A DNA stretch of 57,453 nucleotides from Candidatus Woesearchaeota archaeon (GTDB taxonomy: Archaea; Nanobdellota; Nanobdellia; SCGC-AAA011-G17; JAGVZF01): assembly GCA_964549185.1 (NCBI GenBank), contig CAZJUI010000005.1, forward strand, positions 1 through 57,453, read 5' to 3'. The first letter of the stretch is position 1; the number at the start of each line of letters is the position of its first letter. Positions 9,428 to 19,988 of the stretch are shown here, one piece after another. A program made the position numbers and the translations under genes. The notes beneath the pieces were generated by a model that saw nothing but the letters and a program-made list of their open reading frames with translations, was not told the origin of the DNA and searched no databases.

Positions 9428-10339
9428 TTATATTTTCTTAATTTTTGTTATAAAAAATCCTTCTGTATCATTATCTTGCGGCCAAATTCTTAGACAATCT
9501 TTTACTTCTTCTCTATATTTTTGATTATCAAACTCTAAGATTGGCTTAGATCTTTTCAAATCTAGATTAATTTTCTCAATTTTAGCATTATCAAATGTAT
9601 CAAGTAAATAAGAAACAATAGCTTCATTTTCTTCTGGCTCAACTGAACATGTAGAATAAACTAAAGTTCCATTTTCTTTTAAGTTTTCAAATGCAATTTT
9701 TATTAATTGACGCTGAGTTCCAGCTAATCTTCTCACCATGTTTGCATTCCAAGAAAGTAGTGTTTTCAGACTTTTTCGAATAGCTCCTGTTCCTGAACAA
9801 GGAGCATCTAATAATATCTTATCGAAATTGAAATCTTTGAAAAATCTTCCTTGCTGCAAGGTTATTATTGCATTTAAAACACCACATCTTTGTAAGTTAA
9901 TCCCGAGAGCTTTTATTCTTTTATAATCATAATCATTAGCTATTATTAATCCATTGTTATCCATTATGGAAGCAAGATGAGTTGTTTTTGATCCTGGAGC
10001 AGCTGCCATATCTAAGACTAAATCATCTTTATTTGGATTAATAACAATGGAAGGTATCATTGAAGCTGCTTCTTGAATGTAAACATAACCAAGAGCATGT
10101 TCTATTAAATTTCCTATATCTCTCCTTTCTCCTGTGATAAAAAAACCTTCCTTACACCAAGGAACTTGAGTTAGTTTCCAATCTTTTAATCTGTCTTTAA
10201 GTTCTTTAATTGTTATTTTTAAAGTATTAACTCTTAATGAACGTCTTAAATAAGTAGTTGAATATTTTTTAAACTCATCAATATCTGTTAATTTAGAATA
10301 ACGTTCAATAAACTTATCTTTAAAGACTATGTTTTCCAT
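9428..10339 (-). CDS. NOL1/NOP2/Sun (RsmB/Trm4-type) RNA cytosine-C5 methyltransferase
   Basis: SAM motif DMAAAPGSKTT, and the catalytic motifs DAPCSGTG and YSTCS. Confidence 0.9.
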   Translation of the reverse strand: MENIVFKDKFIERYSKLTDIDEFKKYSTTYLRRSLRVNTLKITIKELKDRLKDWKLTQVPWCKEGFFITGERRDIGNLIEHALGYVYIQEAASMIPSIVINPNKDDLVLDMAAAPGSKTTHLASIMDNNGLIIANDYDYKRIKALGINLQRCGVLNAIITLQQGRFFKDFNFDKILLDAPCSGTGAIRKSLKTLLSWNANMVRRLAGTQRQLIKIAFENLKENGTLVYSTCSVEPEENEAIVSYLLDTFDNAKIEKINLDLKRSKPILEFDNQKYREEVKDCLRIWPQDNDTEGFFITKIKKI

Positions 10340-10378
10340 CGTGATAATTTTTATATATCAATGATGATTTATAAACAT

Positions 10379-11326
10379 ATGCAAGTACAATTTAAAAAGG
10401 GATTTATTGTTTATAGTGATGGAAATGAGAAGAATGTAATTGTAAGTCCACATTCAGGACCTGCTTTGGAATCAAGTACATCAAGAGATGATAATTCAGA
10501 AACTGTAGCTAGTTTGTGCTGGGGAAAGATAGGTGGGAAGTTAATAATAGGTAATATGCCTAGACATAGATTATTAGGAATAGATTTTAATAGAGATATT
10601 CCAAGCTTAGATTTAGCTTTGAAATATTATAGGCATTTTATTAATAGAGATTTAGAGAAAATAAATTATTTTAAATCTAGATATGGGTGGGTTGCAATTG
10701 ATGAGAAAGATTATTATAATAGATTAAAGATTTACCAGGATTTTTGGGCAGAAGTTGGAAAAGGAGAAAAAATTGTTTTAGTTCATAGAGCTTTTACTAA
10801 GATGAGAAATGTTCCAAGCGTAATTGATATTGTAACTTTTGGAAGAGATGGTGTAAAACAGGATAAAATAAAAGAAATAGTAGATGAAGTTAATTTAAAA
10901 TATTATAATTTTTTAAAGAAGATTGAGGATGATTACAAGCAAGCTATATTATTTGAAACAAAAAGAGAGTTGTTAAATGTTGTAGATAAGAATGGAAATA
11001 TTATAAATATTAATTCTAGCTTAAAGAAAGATTTAAGAAAAATGGAAATTTATTGTAACAAGGAGAGATTGATGAAATTAAAGAATAACTTTACTCCTCA
11101 AAATTTTTTAGATTGTGTTCAAGATTCACTAAGGAACATTCCATTTCCAAGAATAACTATACAAAAAGTTTTTGAAGGAGATTTAGCTTATGCTCCAAAA
11201 AGAAAGTTATTTCCAAGAAAAAATAAAACAATAATAGAGGTTGAGCCTTGTAGATTTATGAATTTTTGGCATCCGCAAGTTACAGCTGAGATATTATATG
11301 ATGTTTTAAGAATGTTAAATGATTAA
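10379..11326 (+). CDS. hypothetical protein
   Basis: The track ORF starts at 10361. ATG 10379 (MQVQFKKG) sits about 25 nt downstream of tttttatata, so I prefer it as a leaderless start. No confident domain. Confidence 0.55.
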   Translation: MQVQFKKGFIVYSDGNEKNVIVSPHSGPALESSTSRDDNSETVASLCWGKIGGKLIIGNMPRHRLLGIDFNRDIPSLDLALKYYRHFINRDLEKINYFKSRYGWVAIDEKDYYNRLKIYQDFWAEVGKGEKIVLVHRAFTKMRNVPSVIDIVTFGRDGVKQDKIKEIVDEVNLKYYNFLKKIEDDYKQAILFETKRELLNVVDKNGNIININSSLKKDLRKMEIYCNKERLMKLKNNFTPQNFLDCVQDSLRNIPFPRITIQKVFEGDLAYAPKRKLFPRKNKTIIEVEPCRFMNFWHPQVTAEILYDVLRMLND

Positions 11327-11520
11327 TGTTTCTTGTATTTTGAACTTAGGTGATTTATTGTATGAAAATTAAATACTCCCTCTATTATCAATAATAAACC
11401 GAATAATACAATTAAGATAAAAGCAAATACATTTAGTCTTGAAAACATTAAAGATGCAAATAAAACAACCAGGATTCCAATTAAGCTTCTAATCCATCTA
11501 TTTGATGATTTCTTTTTCAT
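11323..11520 (-). CDS. small two-TM membrane protein (65 aa)
   Basis: Basic N-terminus followed by two hydrophobic helices. Overlaps the convergent neighbour by 4 nt. Confidence 0.45.
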   Translation of the reverse strand: MKKKSSNRWIRSLIGILVVLFASLMFSRLNVFAFILIVLFGLLLIIEGVFNFHTINHLSSKYKKH

Positions 11521-11552
11521 AATATATATTTTAAAATAGTTATTTAAATAGT

Positions 11553-11699
11553 TTACTGTTTAATCTCTTTTCTTTTTGATCTTATTATTCTTAAAGCATA
11601 TCTTAAACTATAGATTGCATCTGGCTCATCAAGATGTTCATTAACTTCTTTTTCTAATTCATCTAATAATTTAAGCTTGATTTGTTTTTCTGTTGCCAT
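11553..11699 (-). CDS. possible 48-aa small ORF
   Basis: My own translation gives MATEKQIKLKLLDELEKEVNEHLDEPDAIYSLRYALRIIRSKRKEIKQ*. Its ATG is about 24 nt from a palindromic TATA element. Confidence 0.3.
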   Translation of the reverse strand: MATEKQIKLKLLDELEKEVNEHLDEPDAIYSLRYALRIIRSKRKEIKQ

Positions 11700-11717
11700 G
11701 AAATTTGGAAAAAAGCA

Positions 11718-11729
11718 ATATTTAAATAT
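11718..11729. promoter_or_regulatory. perfectly palindromic TATA element atatttaaatat between divergent start codons
   Basis: The 12-bp palindrome is centred at 11723/11724. ATG(+) at 11751 and ATG(-) at 11699 lie about 27 and 24 nt from its centre. Confidence 0.45.
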
Positions 11730-11750
11730 CTTATTAATTTAATAAAATGC

Positions 11751-12089
11751 ATGGAAGAAAAGATTCTGGATAACAATGAATTGGCAAAGTATTATTTTAA
11801 AGTAGCTATGATTGGATCAAATGATGCAGAAATATATTTAAGATATAAAAGAATAATAGCTAAATGTGAAATTGATATATTCCAATTTTATAAAAGAAAT
11901 GGAAGTTTAGAGAATTTACAAGTTGATGATATAGGGAAAAAAACGAAAAGTATACTTGAGTTAATACTTAAAAATGGGCTAGATGAGGCTGTAAAGATTA
12001 CTTCTGAATTAAAACTAAAAGATCCGCCAAGATATATGCATGTGCAAATATGGGATGGAAAAGTCCCAAAAAGACGTGCTGCCGAATAG
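11751..12089 (+). CDS. hypothetical protein (112 aa from ATG 11751)
   Basis: The track ORF begins at TTG 11682. The first ATG, at 11751 (MEEKILDNN), is correctly spaced from the TATA element. Confidence 0.5.
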   Translation: MEEKILDNNELAKYYFKVAMIGSNDAEIYLRYKRIIAKCEIDIFQFYKRNGSLENLQVDDIGKKTKSILELILKNGLDEAVKITSELKLKDPPRYMHVQIWDGKVPKRRAAE

Positions 12090-12112
12090 TTGTTTATAAA
12101 ATTATGTTAAAA

Positions 12113-12184
12113 TGCGCCAGCCGGGACTCGAACCCGGGTCCAAGCCTTGGCAAGGCTCGATCCTAACCACTAGACTACTAGCGC
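12113..12184 (-). tRNA. tRNA-Gly (GCC), no intron, CCA not encoded
   Basis: Reverse complement GCGCTAGTAGTCTAGTGGTTAGGATCGAGCCTTGCCAAGGCTTGGACCCGGGTTCGAGTCCCGGCTGGCGCA folds as a cloverleaf. Anticodon stem GAGCC/GGCTT, loop TTGCCAA, T-arm CCGGG-TTCGAGT-CCCGG. Confidence 0.9.
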
Positions 12185-12228
12185 ATAAACTTAATGAAAA
12201 ATAGACAATTTATAAGCTTTTTTAATGT

Positions 12229-12732
12229 TTAAAGAGAAGATTGATTTTTAAATTTTCCAGAATAAACTGCATTACCTTCTGTTCTTTCTAATATTAATTG
12301 ACATATTCTTAAACCTTTTTTTAAAATTAAAGGCATTGTGGAAACATTTTTTATTTCTAAAACTTGTTTATTATTAATTCCAGGTTGAATAAAAGAAGCT
12401 GTAACGTGAATGGCAAGTCCAAATCTTGCAAATCTTGTTCTTCCATGAAGCCAAGCAGCAACATTTGATGGGAGTTTTATTCTTTCTCTAGTTATTCCAA
12501 GAACAAATTGATTTGGCATTAAGGTAAATGAATTTGAAGTAATTAATTTAGAATATTTCTTGAAATCAGATGCTTCTTTTAAAATATGAACACCATTTGT
12601 TTTTAAAATTCTAAATTTATTATCTAATGTTAGATCAATAGAAGCTGCTCCGATATAAGATTTATTAAATGGAGTTATTTTAATATTGCCTTTTTTAATT
12701 TCATTTAAAATCTCTTTTTTTGTAAGTATCAT
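12229..12732 (-). CDS. dcd: dCTP deaminase (dUTPase-superfamily)
   Basis: 167 aa. The sequence ILTKKEIL...I.P........GAASIDLTLDNKF... is the typical Dcd N-terminus, and the C-terminal part is a dUTPase-like beta barrel. Confidence 0.85.
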   Translation of the reverse strand: MILTKKEILNEIKKGNIKITPFNKSYIGAASIDLTLDNKFRILKTNGVHILKEASDFKKYSKLITSNSFTLMPNQFVLGITRERIKLPSNVAAWLHGRTRFARFGLAIHVTASFIQPGINNKQVLEIKNVSTMPLILKKGLRICQLILERTEGNAVYSGKFKNQSSL

Positions 12733-12765
12733 TAAAGAATCAATATTCTATTTAGTTTATAAATA

Positions 12766-13137
12766 TTATGTTATATTTTTAGGATTAATAAGTTTTTTAA
12801 GAATTTCAAATGATAATAAAGCACATTTTATTCTTGCAGGAGATAGTTTAATTCCTACTAATTTTAAAACATAATCTGAATTAATAGATTTAAGTTCTTC
12901 AAAAGATTTACCGATCATTTCATCTATTAATAAATCAGCTGTTGCTTGAGATATTGCGCAACCATTACCCGAATATTTAACGTCTTTTATCTTGCCATTA
13001 TCTAGTTTAACTTCAAATATTAAATGATCTCCACATAAGGGATTTAAATCATAAGCTCTTTTATCTGCATTCAATATTCTACCAAAATGATTTGGGTTTT
13101 CATAATGATCAAGTATTTCTTCTGAATAATCGTTCAT
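12766..13137 (-). CDS. sufU: SufU/IscU-type Fe-S scaffold (NifU N-terminal family)
   Basis: HYENPNHFG...NPLCGDHL...GNGCAISQATADLL gives the three conserved Cys of the SufU/IscU scaffold. Overlaps the sufS stop by 4 nt. Confidence 0.85.
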   Translation of the reverse strand: MNDYSEEILDHYENPNHFGRILNADKRAYDLNPLCGDHLIFEVKLDNGKIKDVKYSGNGCAISQATADLLIDEMIGKSFEELKSINSDYVLKLVGIKLSPARIKCALLSFEILKKLINPKNIT

Positions 13138-14348
13138 TTTCTTCTAAATACTTTTTTAACCTCCAATAATCCATCAATTAATGAATTAACATCTTCTTTT
13201 TTATTGTATAAATAAAATGAAGCTCTTGCAACAGCTGGAACTTTTAAGAATTTCATTAAAGGTTGAGCACAATTATGACCTGCTCTTATTGCTATTCCTT
13301 TTGTATCCAGAATAGCTGCTATATCATGTGGATGAATCTTTTCCATTGAAAATGAAATTACACCAATTCTTTTTTTAACATCAAATGAACCATGAATTTT
13401 TAAATCTTTAATTTCCTGTAATCTTTTTAAAGCATATTGTGTTAATGCTTTTTCATGTAATTGAATATTATCCATTCCGATATTATTAAGATAATCTATT
13501 GCTGCTCCTAAACCTATTGCATCTGCTATTGGGGGAGTTCCTGCTTCAAATTTGTAAGGAGCATTTTTATATGTTGTTTCAAATAAATTAACTTCTTTTA
13601 TCATATTTCCTCCACCCAAGAAGGGTTCAAGTTTTTCTTGCAATTCTTCTTTTGCAAATAACACTCCAATTCCAGTCGGACCTAGCATTTTATGTCCTGA
13701 AAAAGCTAAGAAATCTGTATAAGAAGAATCTATTTTAAAATGAGGGGCTGATTGAGCAGCATCTACTAAAAATAAAGATTTATTATCATGAACTATTTTG
13801 CTAATATTTTTAATATCATTTATTGTTCCAGTTACATTGGAGCAATGAGTTAGAGCAACTAGTTTTGTATTTTTTGTTAATAATGATTGGAAATGTTTCA
13901 TATCTAATGTTGTATCTTTGTTAAGATTAATATATTTTAATTTAATACCTTTAAATTTATATAAAAATTGCCAAGGAATGATATTAGCATGATGTTCAGC
14001 TATTGATAAAATAATTTCATCTCCTTTTTTTAATCCTTGTTTCATTAAAGAATAAGCAATTGTGTTAATAGATTCAGTAGTTGATCTTGTAAATATCAGT
14101 TCTTGTGATTTAGAATTAATAAATTTAGAAACTTTTTCTCTTGAATTTTCATATAGTTCAGTTGATTCATTTCCTAATGTATGAATACTTCGATGGATAT
14201 TAGCATTATTTTTTTTATAAAAATCAGAAATTGCATTAATCACTTTAATTGGTTTTTGAGATGTTGCTGCATTATCTAGATAAATCAATCTCTTGCCATT
14301 AATTTTCCTAGTGAGAATAGGAAAGTCCTTTTCAATTTGTTTTTTCAT
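13134..14348 (-). CDS. sufS: cysteine desulfurase SufS (class V aminotransferase)
   Basis: PLP-Lys motif FSGHKMLGPTGIGVL and catalytic Cys loop RAGHNCAQP. 404 aa. Confidence 0.93.
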   Translation of the reverse strand: MKKQIEKDFPILTRKINGKRLIYLDNAATSQKPIKVINAISDFYKKNNANIHRSIHTLGNESTELYENSREKVSKFINSKSQELIFTRSTTESINTIAYSLMKQGLKKGDEIILSIAEHHANIIPWQFLYKFKGIKLKYINLNKDTTLDMKHFQSLLTKNTKLVALTHCSNVTGTINDIKNISKIVHDNKSLFLVDAAQSAPHFKIDSSYTDFLAFSGHKMLGPTGIGVLFAKEELQEKLEPFLGGGNMIKEVNLFETTYKNAPYKFEAGTPPIADAIGLGAAIDYLNNIGMDNIQLHEKALTQYALKRLQEIKDLKIHGSFDVKKRIGVISFSMEKIHPHDIAAILDTKGIAIRAGHNCAQPLMKFLKVPAVARASFYLYNKKEDVNSLIDGLLEVKKVFRRK

Positions 14349-15441
14349 AGACTAGTTTTTGCTTTATTAAAGTTAAAAATGTTTCTTTTAGCTCTTCAGA
14401 GAGTAATTCTAGAACTGGATTGAAAAATCCTGTAATAATAGCATGTTTTGCTTCTTCTTTTGACAAGCCACGGGACATTAGATAGAATAATTGATCTTCA
14501 TCTATTTGACCAACTGAAGCTGAGTGGCCTGCTTGAACATCATTTGCTTCTATTTCTAAGCCTGGAATAGCATCTGCTTTTGCTCCCGGATTTAAGATTA
14601 AAGCATGATCTGATAAGAAAGATTTTGTTTTTTGTCCCTCTTTTGATATTCTTATCATTCCATTAGATAAACATCTTGAACTATCTTTTAATGCCCCTTT
14701 TATCAAGACTTCGGAAGTTGTAAAAGGTTTATTATGAATAACATTTGTATTAAGTTCAAAGTTTTGACTAGACGAACCAAAAAATAATTCAATGTTTTTA
14801 AGTTGAGAATTTTCTCCATTAAGATAGAAATCTGTAAATGTTTTATTATAATTACTACCCAAACAAATAAATGAATGATGTAAATTTGCATTTTTATCTA
14901 AAACAAAAGATTTTGCTGAAACATTTTCCATATTATTTCCAAATTTTTGTAATTCTATGAAATTAAGATTTGAATTTTCTTTCTGAAAAACTTCTAAAGA
15001 TGAGTTTCTTTTTGCTAATGAATCTGAATCAAGATTATGGATTATTGTTAATGAGCTGTTTTCTTCTAAAACAATTATATTTTTCTCTACAATGTTATCT
15101 GCCTTTGTGCTTAATATCAATGGAATTTCTAATTTAACATTTTTTGGCACTTTGATAAATAATCCTGAATTAAAAAATGCATTATTAATTAAGAGATCTC
15201 TTTCTGTATGGGGGAAAATTGCTTTGTCTTGAAAATATTTTTGAAAGAATTCTTGATTTTTATATATAGCTTCATTAATATCTAGAATTTCCAAAGTACC
15301 ATTATCTTCATACAATATTTTAGATGTTGAGATTAAAGGATTTATTTCTGTTTCTGGAATTATTGTTTTAGCTAGATTAAAGCTTGCTTCACGAAAATCT
15401 TTAAGCCAATTTGGTTCATTGTCCAAAAATACTGTTTTCAT
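14332..15441 (-). CDS. sufD: Fe-S cluster assembly protein SufD
   Basis: SufB/D beta-helix C-terminal signature ...[29 protein letters not shown], paralogous to the SufB C-terminus. Position in the suf operon supports the call. Confidence 0.85.
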   Translation of the reverse strand: MKTVFLDNEPNWLKDFREASFNLAKTIIPETEINPLISTSKILYEDNGTLEILDINEAIYKNQEFFQKYFQDKAIFPHTERDLLINNAFFNSGLFIKVPKNVKLEIPLILSTKADNIVEKNIIVLEENSSLTIIHNLDSDSLAKRNSSLEVFQKENSNLNFIELQKFGNNMENVSAKSFVLDKNANLHHSFICLGSNYNKTFTDFYLNGENSQLKNIELFFGSSSQNFELNTNVIHNKPFTTSEVLIKGALKDSSRCLSNGMIRISKEGQKTKSFLSDHALILNPGAKADAIPGLEIEANDVQAGHSASVGQIDEDQLFYLMSRGLSKEEAKHAIITGFFNPVLELLSEELKETFLTLIKQKLVYEKTN

Positions 15442-18400
15442 TAGCCAACACTTCCTTCCATCTCCATTTTTATTAGCTTATTAAGTTCGATTGCATATTC
15501 CATTGGAAGTTCTTTTGTAAATTCTGCCATGAAACCTAGAACTATCATTGACATTGCTTCTGATTCTGATAATCCGCGAGACATTAGATAAAATAATTGA
15601 TCTTCTCCTATTTTTCCAACATAAGCTTCATGAGATATTGTAACATCTTCTTCATCAATATTCATTGTTGGATAGGTATCTGATCTTGATTCTTCATTTA
15701 ACATTAAAGCATCGCATTTTACAGATGATGTTGAATTGTGGGCTCCTTTTGCTATTCTTACTAAGCCACGATAAGAAGAATGTCCATTTCCATTGCTAAT
15801 AGATTTTGAGATTATTCTTGAGGTTGTGTTTGGAGCAAGATGAATTGCTTTTCCACCTGCATCTTGATGTTGATTATTTGAAGCAAATGCTACTGATAAA
15901 ATATCTGCTTTTGCATTTTTACCTTTTAGATAAACAGAAGGATATTTCATTGTTAATTTACTATTATGGACAATTACATTATTCGCAATAAAATTATGCG
16001 ATCCTTCTATTTCTAAATCATATGTTGGTTTCTCCCCGATAGGAATAATCTTTGTTATTTTTTGTAATGCAAGATGTTTTGGTAAAGATATTCTCCTTGT
16101 TTTACTTAACCAGTATTTTGAACGTTGGTAAGCATCTTTTGGAATTTTATTTTTATTTTCTCTGGAAAAAAATTCCCATAGCTTTGAAAGTCCACTAATC
16201 AACATGATATAACTTGTATACTCTTTTTCAGGATAGTCGTACTTACTATTAGAGGATATCTTTTTTATTATAATTTCTTTTTTTATTCTATTCACTTCGA
16301 TTCCACAAGTTATTGCTAAATTCTTTAAATCCTCCAATAGTTCTTTATTGCAAGTTTTTAATCTTGCTCCATTTTTTCTAATAGTCCCATCAGCTTCGAT
16401 GTATCCTGTTAGAAACGCTTTCTTTTGACTTACGGGAAGATTGAATACCCATTCAGGCACTCTTTTTGTGTGTGCATTTCCTTCTAATCCATTCATTTTT
16501 AAGAATTCGGCAACAATAAGGCTATTGTATGATATAACTATCTTATCTTTTCTTTCTGTATAATTTTTTAAAGCAAATATTTTATCCATAACCTTTACAA
16601 GTTTTTCTCTTGCAGAATCAGATGATGGAATGGAAAATATAATTTTTCCAAATCGATTATTCCCAGTTTTTTTATTTTTGGCTATATCAATATTTCCATC
16701 GCCAATTATTAATCCCATTAGCCATAAAACATCATCATTTGTTTTCTCAGGTAGTTTTACTTTGTTGTATTTATAAGAAGTATTCATCTCATAAACTGCA
16801 CCATATTGATTCCTACCTATAATCTTTCTTTCTGTTGTTGGTTTTTTTAATTCATAGTCTGTTCCTAAATTTGGCATTTCTCTAGGAACTACTAGATAAG
16901 ATTCCTCAGATAAATACTCCAAAGGTAACCATGTGAATATATAGCGTCCAAGTTTTTTTGGTCTTTCTTTATCATAATGAATTGTTAAAAATGGATGGGT
17001 TTTTGTTGCAATTATCTCTCTTTTTCCATTTTCCAAAATAATTTTATAAGCAGGTTTTATTCCTGAAAACTTTGTGGCGACAACTTTTTTTGCTTCTAAT
17101 TCTTTTGTCTTTTCATTGAAAGTAATCACTTTCTGTCCTTCTTTAATAGCTTGAATTTCTTTAAATCCGGGATTTGTAGAAATTTTTGTTCCTTCGGCAA
17201 GGCATCCTAAGTTGCCATCTATCCATTCAACAGTTGCATTTTCATAAGCGTAAGCTCTTTTTGTAACCAAATTATAAACATTGTTTGACCAATTTTGTAT
17301 TGTTGTGTATCTAACTTTTGCATCTTTCAATGCAATAACTTCGACGACAGCTGCATGCAAAGAATCTGTAGAATAAACTGGGGCTGTACAATTGTGGACT
17401 AAAATATTATGGCTAACATATGATTCATCTTCTTCTACGCTGAAATTATAAACATCTAGGTTTTTTACTTTCTCTTTTTTGATGCTTTTAATTGGAACAA
17501 ATGCATAATCTCCGATAATTTTACCATAGGAAACAAGCTCGAGTTGTGTAACCATATTTCCATCTTTTGATTCTGCTAAAGATATATTATTATCAACTAT
17601 ATTTCCAAATGATTCAAGATAAGATCCTCCAACATAGATAACATATAAATCTGTTCTTGGTTTTTGTCTTTTCCAAACATTAATTGATGCTATAATATTT
17701 AATCTTAGTAAAATTTCTTTCATTCCCTCTGCTAATTCATTAGAAACAGTACAAATTCTAAATGCTCGTTTATTCCCCCAGGAATATTTCTTTGATGTTA
17801 CGTTTCCATCTCCCCTAAACCATCCTTTAATTAATTCTGATTGTTTTTCTAGAGATTCAAAAAGCATCCATTTTGGGAGATGTTTATTATGCGCACCAGC
17901 ACCAAACTGTTGCTTAAATATTCTTGCTGCAGTTGTTGAACATAATATTACGCTTATTCCATTTTTGTATTCTGCTTGTTCTATTGCTTCTTTTCCAAAT
18001 ATTTTTAGTAAAAGTTTTTTTACATCATCTATGTATTCTCTTTCTTTTTTATTAAATGTAAATGTTAAATAATGTTCATCAATAATTGAACCTTCAGAAA
18101 GATAATAACCAGCTAATCTGAAAAGGTCTTTATCTGTTCTTAATGGAACTTCTACCTTCTCTTTTTTACCAAACTTAATTGTGAATAATCTTTCATCCTT
18201 ACTAATCACTGTTCTGTCTATAGGAATGACAACATAATCTCCTTTAGAAAGTTTACTTGCTGGCATCCATTCTATCTTCCAATCTTGGTTTTTGTATTCT
18301 ATTTTTTCTTTTTTTGAAGTTAGAATTGGATGTTCGGAAGTTATTTTTATTTTATGCCTTGAATCTGTATAATATTCAATTGTGTAAAGATCTCCATCAT

Positions 18401-19244
18401 ATTTGCGAACTTGGGTGTTGTAAACTTTTTTGTAATCTAATTTATGTGTTAAAACAAGATCATTAACTTTAACAGCTTCTATTTTTTTAGTTCCATCTAA
18501 AGTTTTTATTGTGGTTCCTTTCACAAAACAACCTTCAATGTAATGAACGTCTGCACCTTCATCTGCTATAATTAATGTTCTTTCAAATTGTCCAACATTT
18601 TTAGCATTTATTCTGAAATAAGCTTGTAGTGGGACTGAAACTTTAACTCCCTTCGGAACATAAACAAATGATCCTCCGGACCATGTTGCTGTATTTAATG
18701 CTGCAAATTTATTATCTCCTGCTGGAATTACTGTTCCAAAATATTTTTTAACAATATCTGGATGTTCTTTCAATGCAGTATCCATATCTGTAAAGATAAC
18801 TCCTTGTGCTGCTAAATCTTCTCTTAGATTATGGTAAATAGATTCAGATTCAAATTGAGCTCCTAAACCACCTAGAAATTTCTTTTCAGCTTCTGGAACT
18901 CCTAATTTATCAAATGTTTTTTTAATATATTCAGGAACATCATCCCATGAATCTGTTTTAATATCAGAAGGTCTAAAATAATAGGTTATGTTATCAAAAT
19001 CGATATTGCCTAAATTACCTCCCCAAATTGGCATAGGTCTTGATTCAAATATTTTTAAAGCTTTTAATCTATTATCTAACATCCATTGAGGTTCATTTTT
19101 AATTTTTGATATTTCTTCAACTATCTCTTTAGATAAACCTTTTTTAGATTTATGAACGAAAGTTTCAGGAACGCTAAATCCATATTTCTCTAGATAATCT
19201 GTGTTAATTGCATTTATTGCACTAACATCTTTTTTGATTTCCAT
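15441..19244 (-). CDS. sufB: Fe-S cluster assembly protein SufB precursor containing two inteins (extein 473 aa)
   Basis: 1267-aa ORF. Removing residues 239-618 and 681-1094 leaves a normal-length SufB with joined motifs HYIEG-CTAPVYS and [14 protein letters not shown], and C-terminal ...[23 protein letters not shown]. Confidence 0.95.
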   Translation of the reverse strand: MEIKKDVSAINAINTDYLEKYGFSVPETFVHKSKKGLSKEIVEEISKIKNEPQWMLDNRLKALKIFESRPMPIWGGNLGNIDFDNITYYFRPSDIKTDSWDDVPEYIKKTFDKLGVPEAEKKFLGGLGAQFESESIYHNLREDLAAQGVIFTDMDTALKEHPDIVKKYFGTVIPAGDNKFAALNTATWSGGSFVYVPKGVKVSVPLQAYFRINAKNVGQFERTLIIADEGADVHYIEGCFVKGTTIKTLDGTKKIEAVKVNDLVLTHKLDYKKVYNTQVRKYDGDLYTIEYYTDSRHKIKITSEHPILTSKKEKIEYKNQDWKIEWMPASKLSKGDYVVIPIDRTVISKDERLFTIKFGKKEKVEVPLRTDKDLFRLAGYYLSEGSIIDEHYLTFTFNKKEREYIDDVKKLLLKIFGKEAIEQAEYKNGISVILCSTTAARIFKQQFGAGAHNKHLPKWMLFESLEKQSELIKGWFRGDGNVTSKKYSWGNKRAFRICTVSNELAEGMKEILLRLNIIASINVWKRQKPRTDLYVIYVGGSYLESFGNIVDNNISLAESKDGNMVTQLELVSYGKIIGDYAFVPIKSIKKEKVKNLDVYNFSVEEDESYVSHNILVHNCTAPVYSTDSLHAAVVEVIALKDAKVRYTTIQNWSNNVYNLVTKRAYAYENATVEWIDGNLGCLAEGTKISTNPGFKEIQAIKEGQKVITFNEKTKELEAKKVVATKFSGIKPAYKIILENGKREIIATKTHPFLTIHYDKERPKKLGRYIFTWLPLEYLSEESYLVVPREMPNLGTDYELKKPTTERKIIGRNQYGAVYEMNTSYKYNKVKLPEKTNDDVLWLMGLIIGDGNIDIAKNKKTGNNRFGKIIFSIPSSDSAREKLVKVMDKIFALKNYTERKDKIVISYNSLIVAEFLKMNGLEGNAHTKRVPEWVFNLPVSQKKAFLTGYIEADGTIRKNGARLKTCNKELLEDLKNLAITCGIEVNRIKKEIIIKKISSNSKYDYPEKEYTSYIMLISGLSKLWEFFSRENKNKIPKDAYQRSKYWLSKTRRISLPKHLALQKITKIIPIGEKPTYDLEIEGSHNFIANNVIVHNSKLTMKYPSVYLKGKNAKADILSVAFASNNQHQDAGGKAIHLAPNTTSRIISKSISNGNGHSSYRGLVRIAKGAHNSTSSVKCDALMLNEESRSDTYPTMNIDEEDVTISHEAYVGKIGEDQLFYLMSRGLSESEAMSMIVLGFMAEFTKELPMEYAIELNKLIKMEMEGSVG
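15963..17204 (-). mobile_element. SufB intein 2 (414 aa, LAGLIDADG homing endonuclease domain)
   Basis: Starts at Cys ([11 protein letters not shown]) and ends ..NNVIVHN, followed by +1 Ser (SKLT). LAGLIDADG motifs [10 protein letters not shown] and [11 protein letters not shown]. 1242 nt, in frame. Confidence 0.9.
17391..18530 (-). mobile_element. SufB intein 1 (380 aa, LAGLIDADG homing endonuclease domain)
   Basis: Starts at Cys ([13 protein letters not shown]) and ends ..NILVHN, followed by +1 Cys (CTAP). LAGLIDADG motifs [10 protein letters not shown] and [11 protein letters not shown]. Boundaries were mapped codon by codon and are in frame (1140 nt). Confidence 0.9.
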
Positions 19245-19985
19245 TTAAGCAACCTCGTAACCGTTTTGTTCTATTTCTAAAGCTAGAGAATAATCTCCTG
19301 ATCTAAGAATTTCTCCATTTGTGATAATGTGGACTTTGTCTGGCTTAACATATTCTAAAATTCTTGGATAATGAGTAATTAATAAAATTCCAGTTCCTTT
19401 TTCTTTTAGTTTTTTTATATTTTCAGAAACTATCTTTAATGAATCAACATCCAATCCAGAATCTGTTTCATCTAGAATTGCTATTTTAGGTTCTAAAACA
19501 GACATTTGCAGTATTTCAGCTCTTTTCTTTTCTCCACCTGAAAATCCTTGATTTAAAGAACGGGTTGTAAATGATTTATCCATCTTTAAATTATCCATAT
19601 TTTCAGTTAATTTCTTTTGAAATTCTTGAACTGTGATTGCTTTTTCTTTATTTTCTTTTAGTTTAGCATTTAATGAATTACGTAAAAAAGAAGCTAACAT
19701 AACTCCTGGAACTTCTTGAGGATGTTGAAAAGATAAAAATAAACCTTTTCTTGCTCTTTGATCTACTGTAAGATTAAGTATATCTTCATTGTTTAATAAA
19801 ATTTCACCTTTATTTATCTTGTATTTAGGATGACCAAGAATAGCAAATGATAATGAACTTTTACCTGTTCCATTTGGACCCATTAAAGCATGAACTTCTC
19901 CTGAATTAATTGTTAAATTTAGATTTCTAATTATTTGCTTGTCTTCTATACTTACATCTAAATCTTTTATTTGTAGAGTGTTCAT
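19245..19985 (-). CDS. sufC: Fe-S cluster assembly ATPase SufC
   Basis: Walker A GPNGTGKSS, ABC signature FSGGEKKR and Walker B ILDETDSGLD. 246 aa. Confidence 0.95.
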   Translation of the reverse strand: MNTLQIKDLDVSIEDKQIIRNLNLTINSGEVHALMGPNGTGKSSLSFAILGHPKYKINKGEILLNNEDILNLTVDQRARKGLFLSFQHPQEVPGVMLASFLRNSLNAKLKENKEKAITVQEFQKKLTENMDNLKMDKSFTTRSLNQGFSGGEKKRAEILQMSVLEPKIAILDETDSGLDVDSLKIVSENIKKLKEKGTGILLITHYPRILEYVKPDKVHIITNGEILRSGDYSLALEIEQNGYEVA

Positions 19986-19988
19986 TTT

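Noticed and set aside
10379-11326. N-formylglutamate amidohydrolase-like or other hydrolase assignment for the 315-aa protein
   Set aside because: There are only vague motif resemblances (SPHSG, DFNR), which is not enough to name a family.
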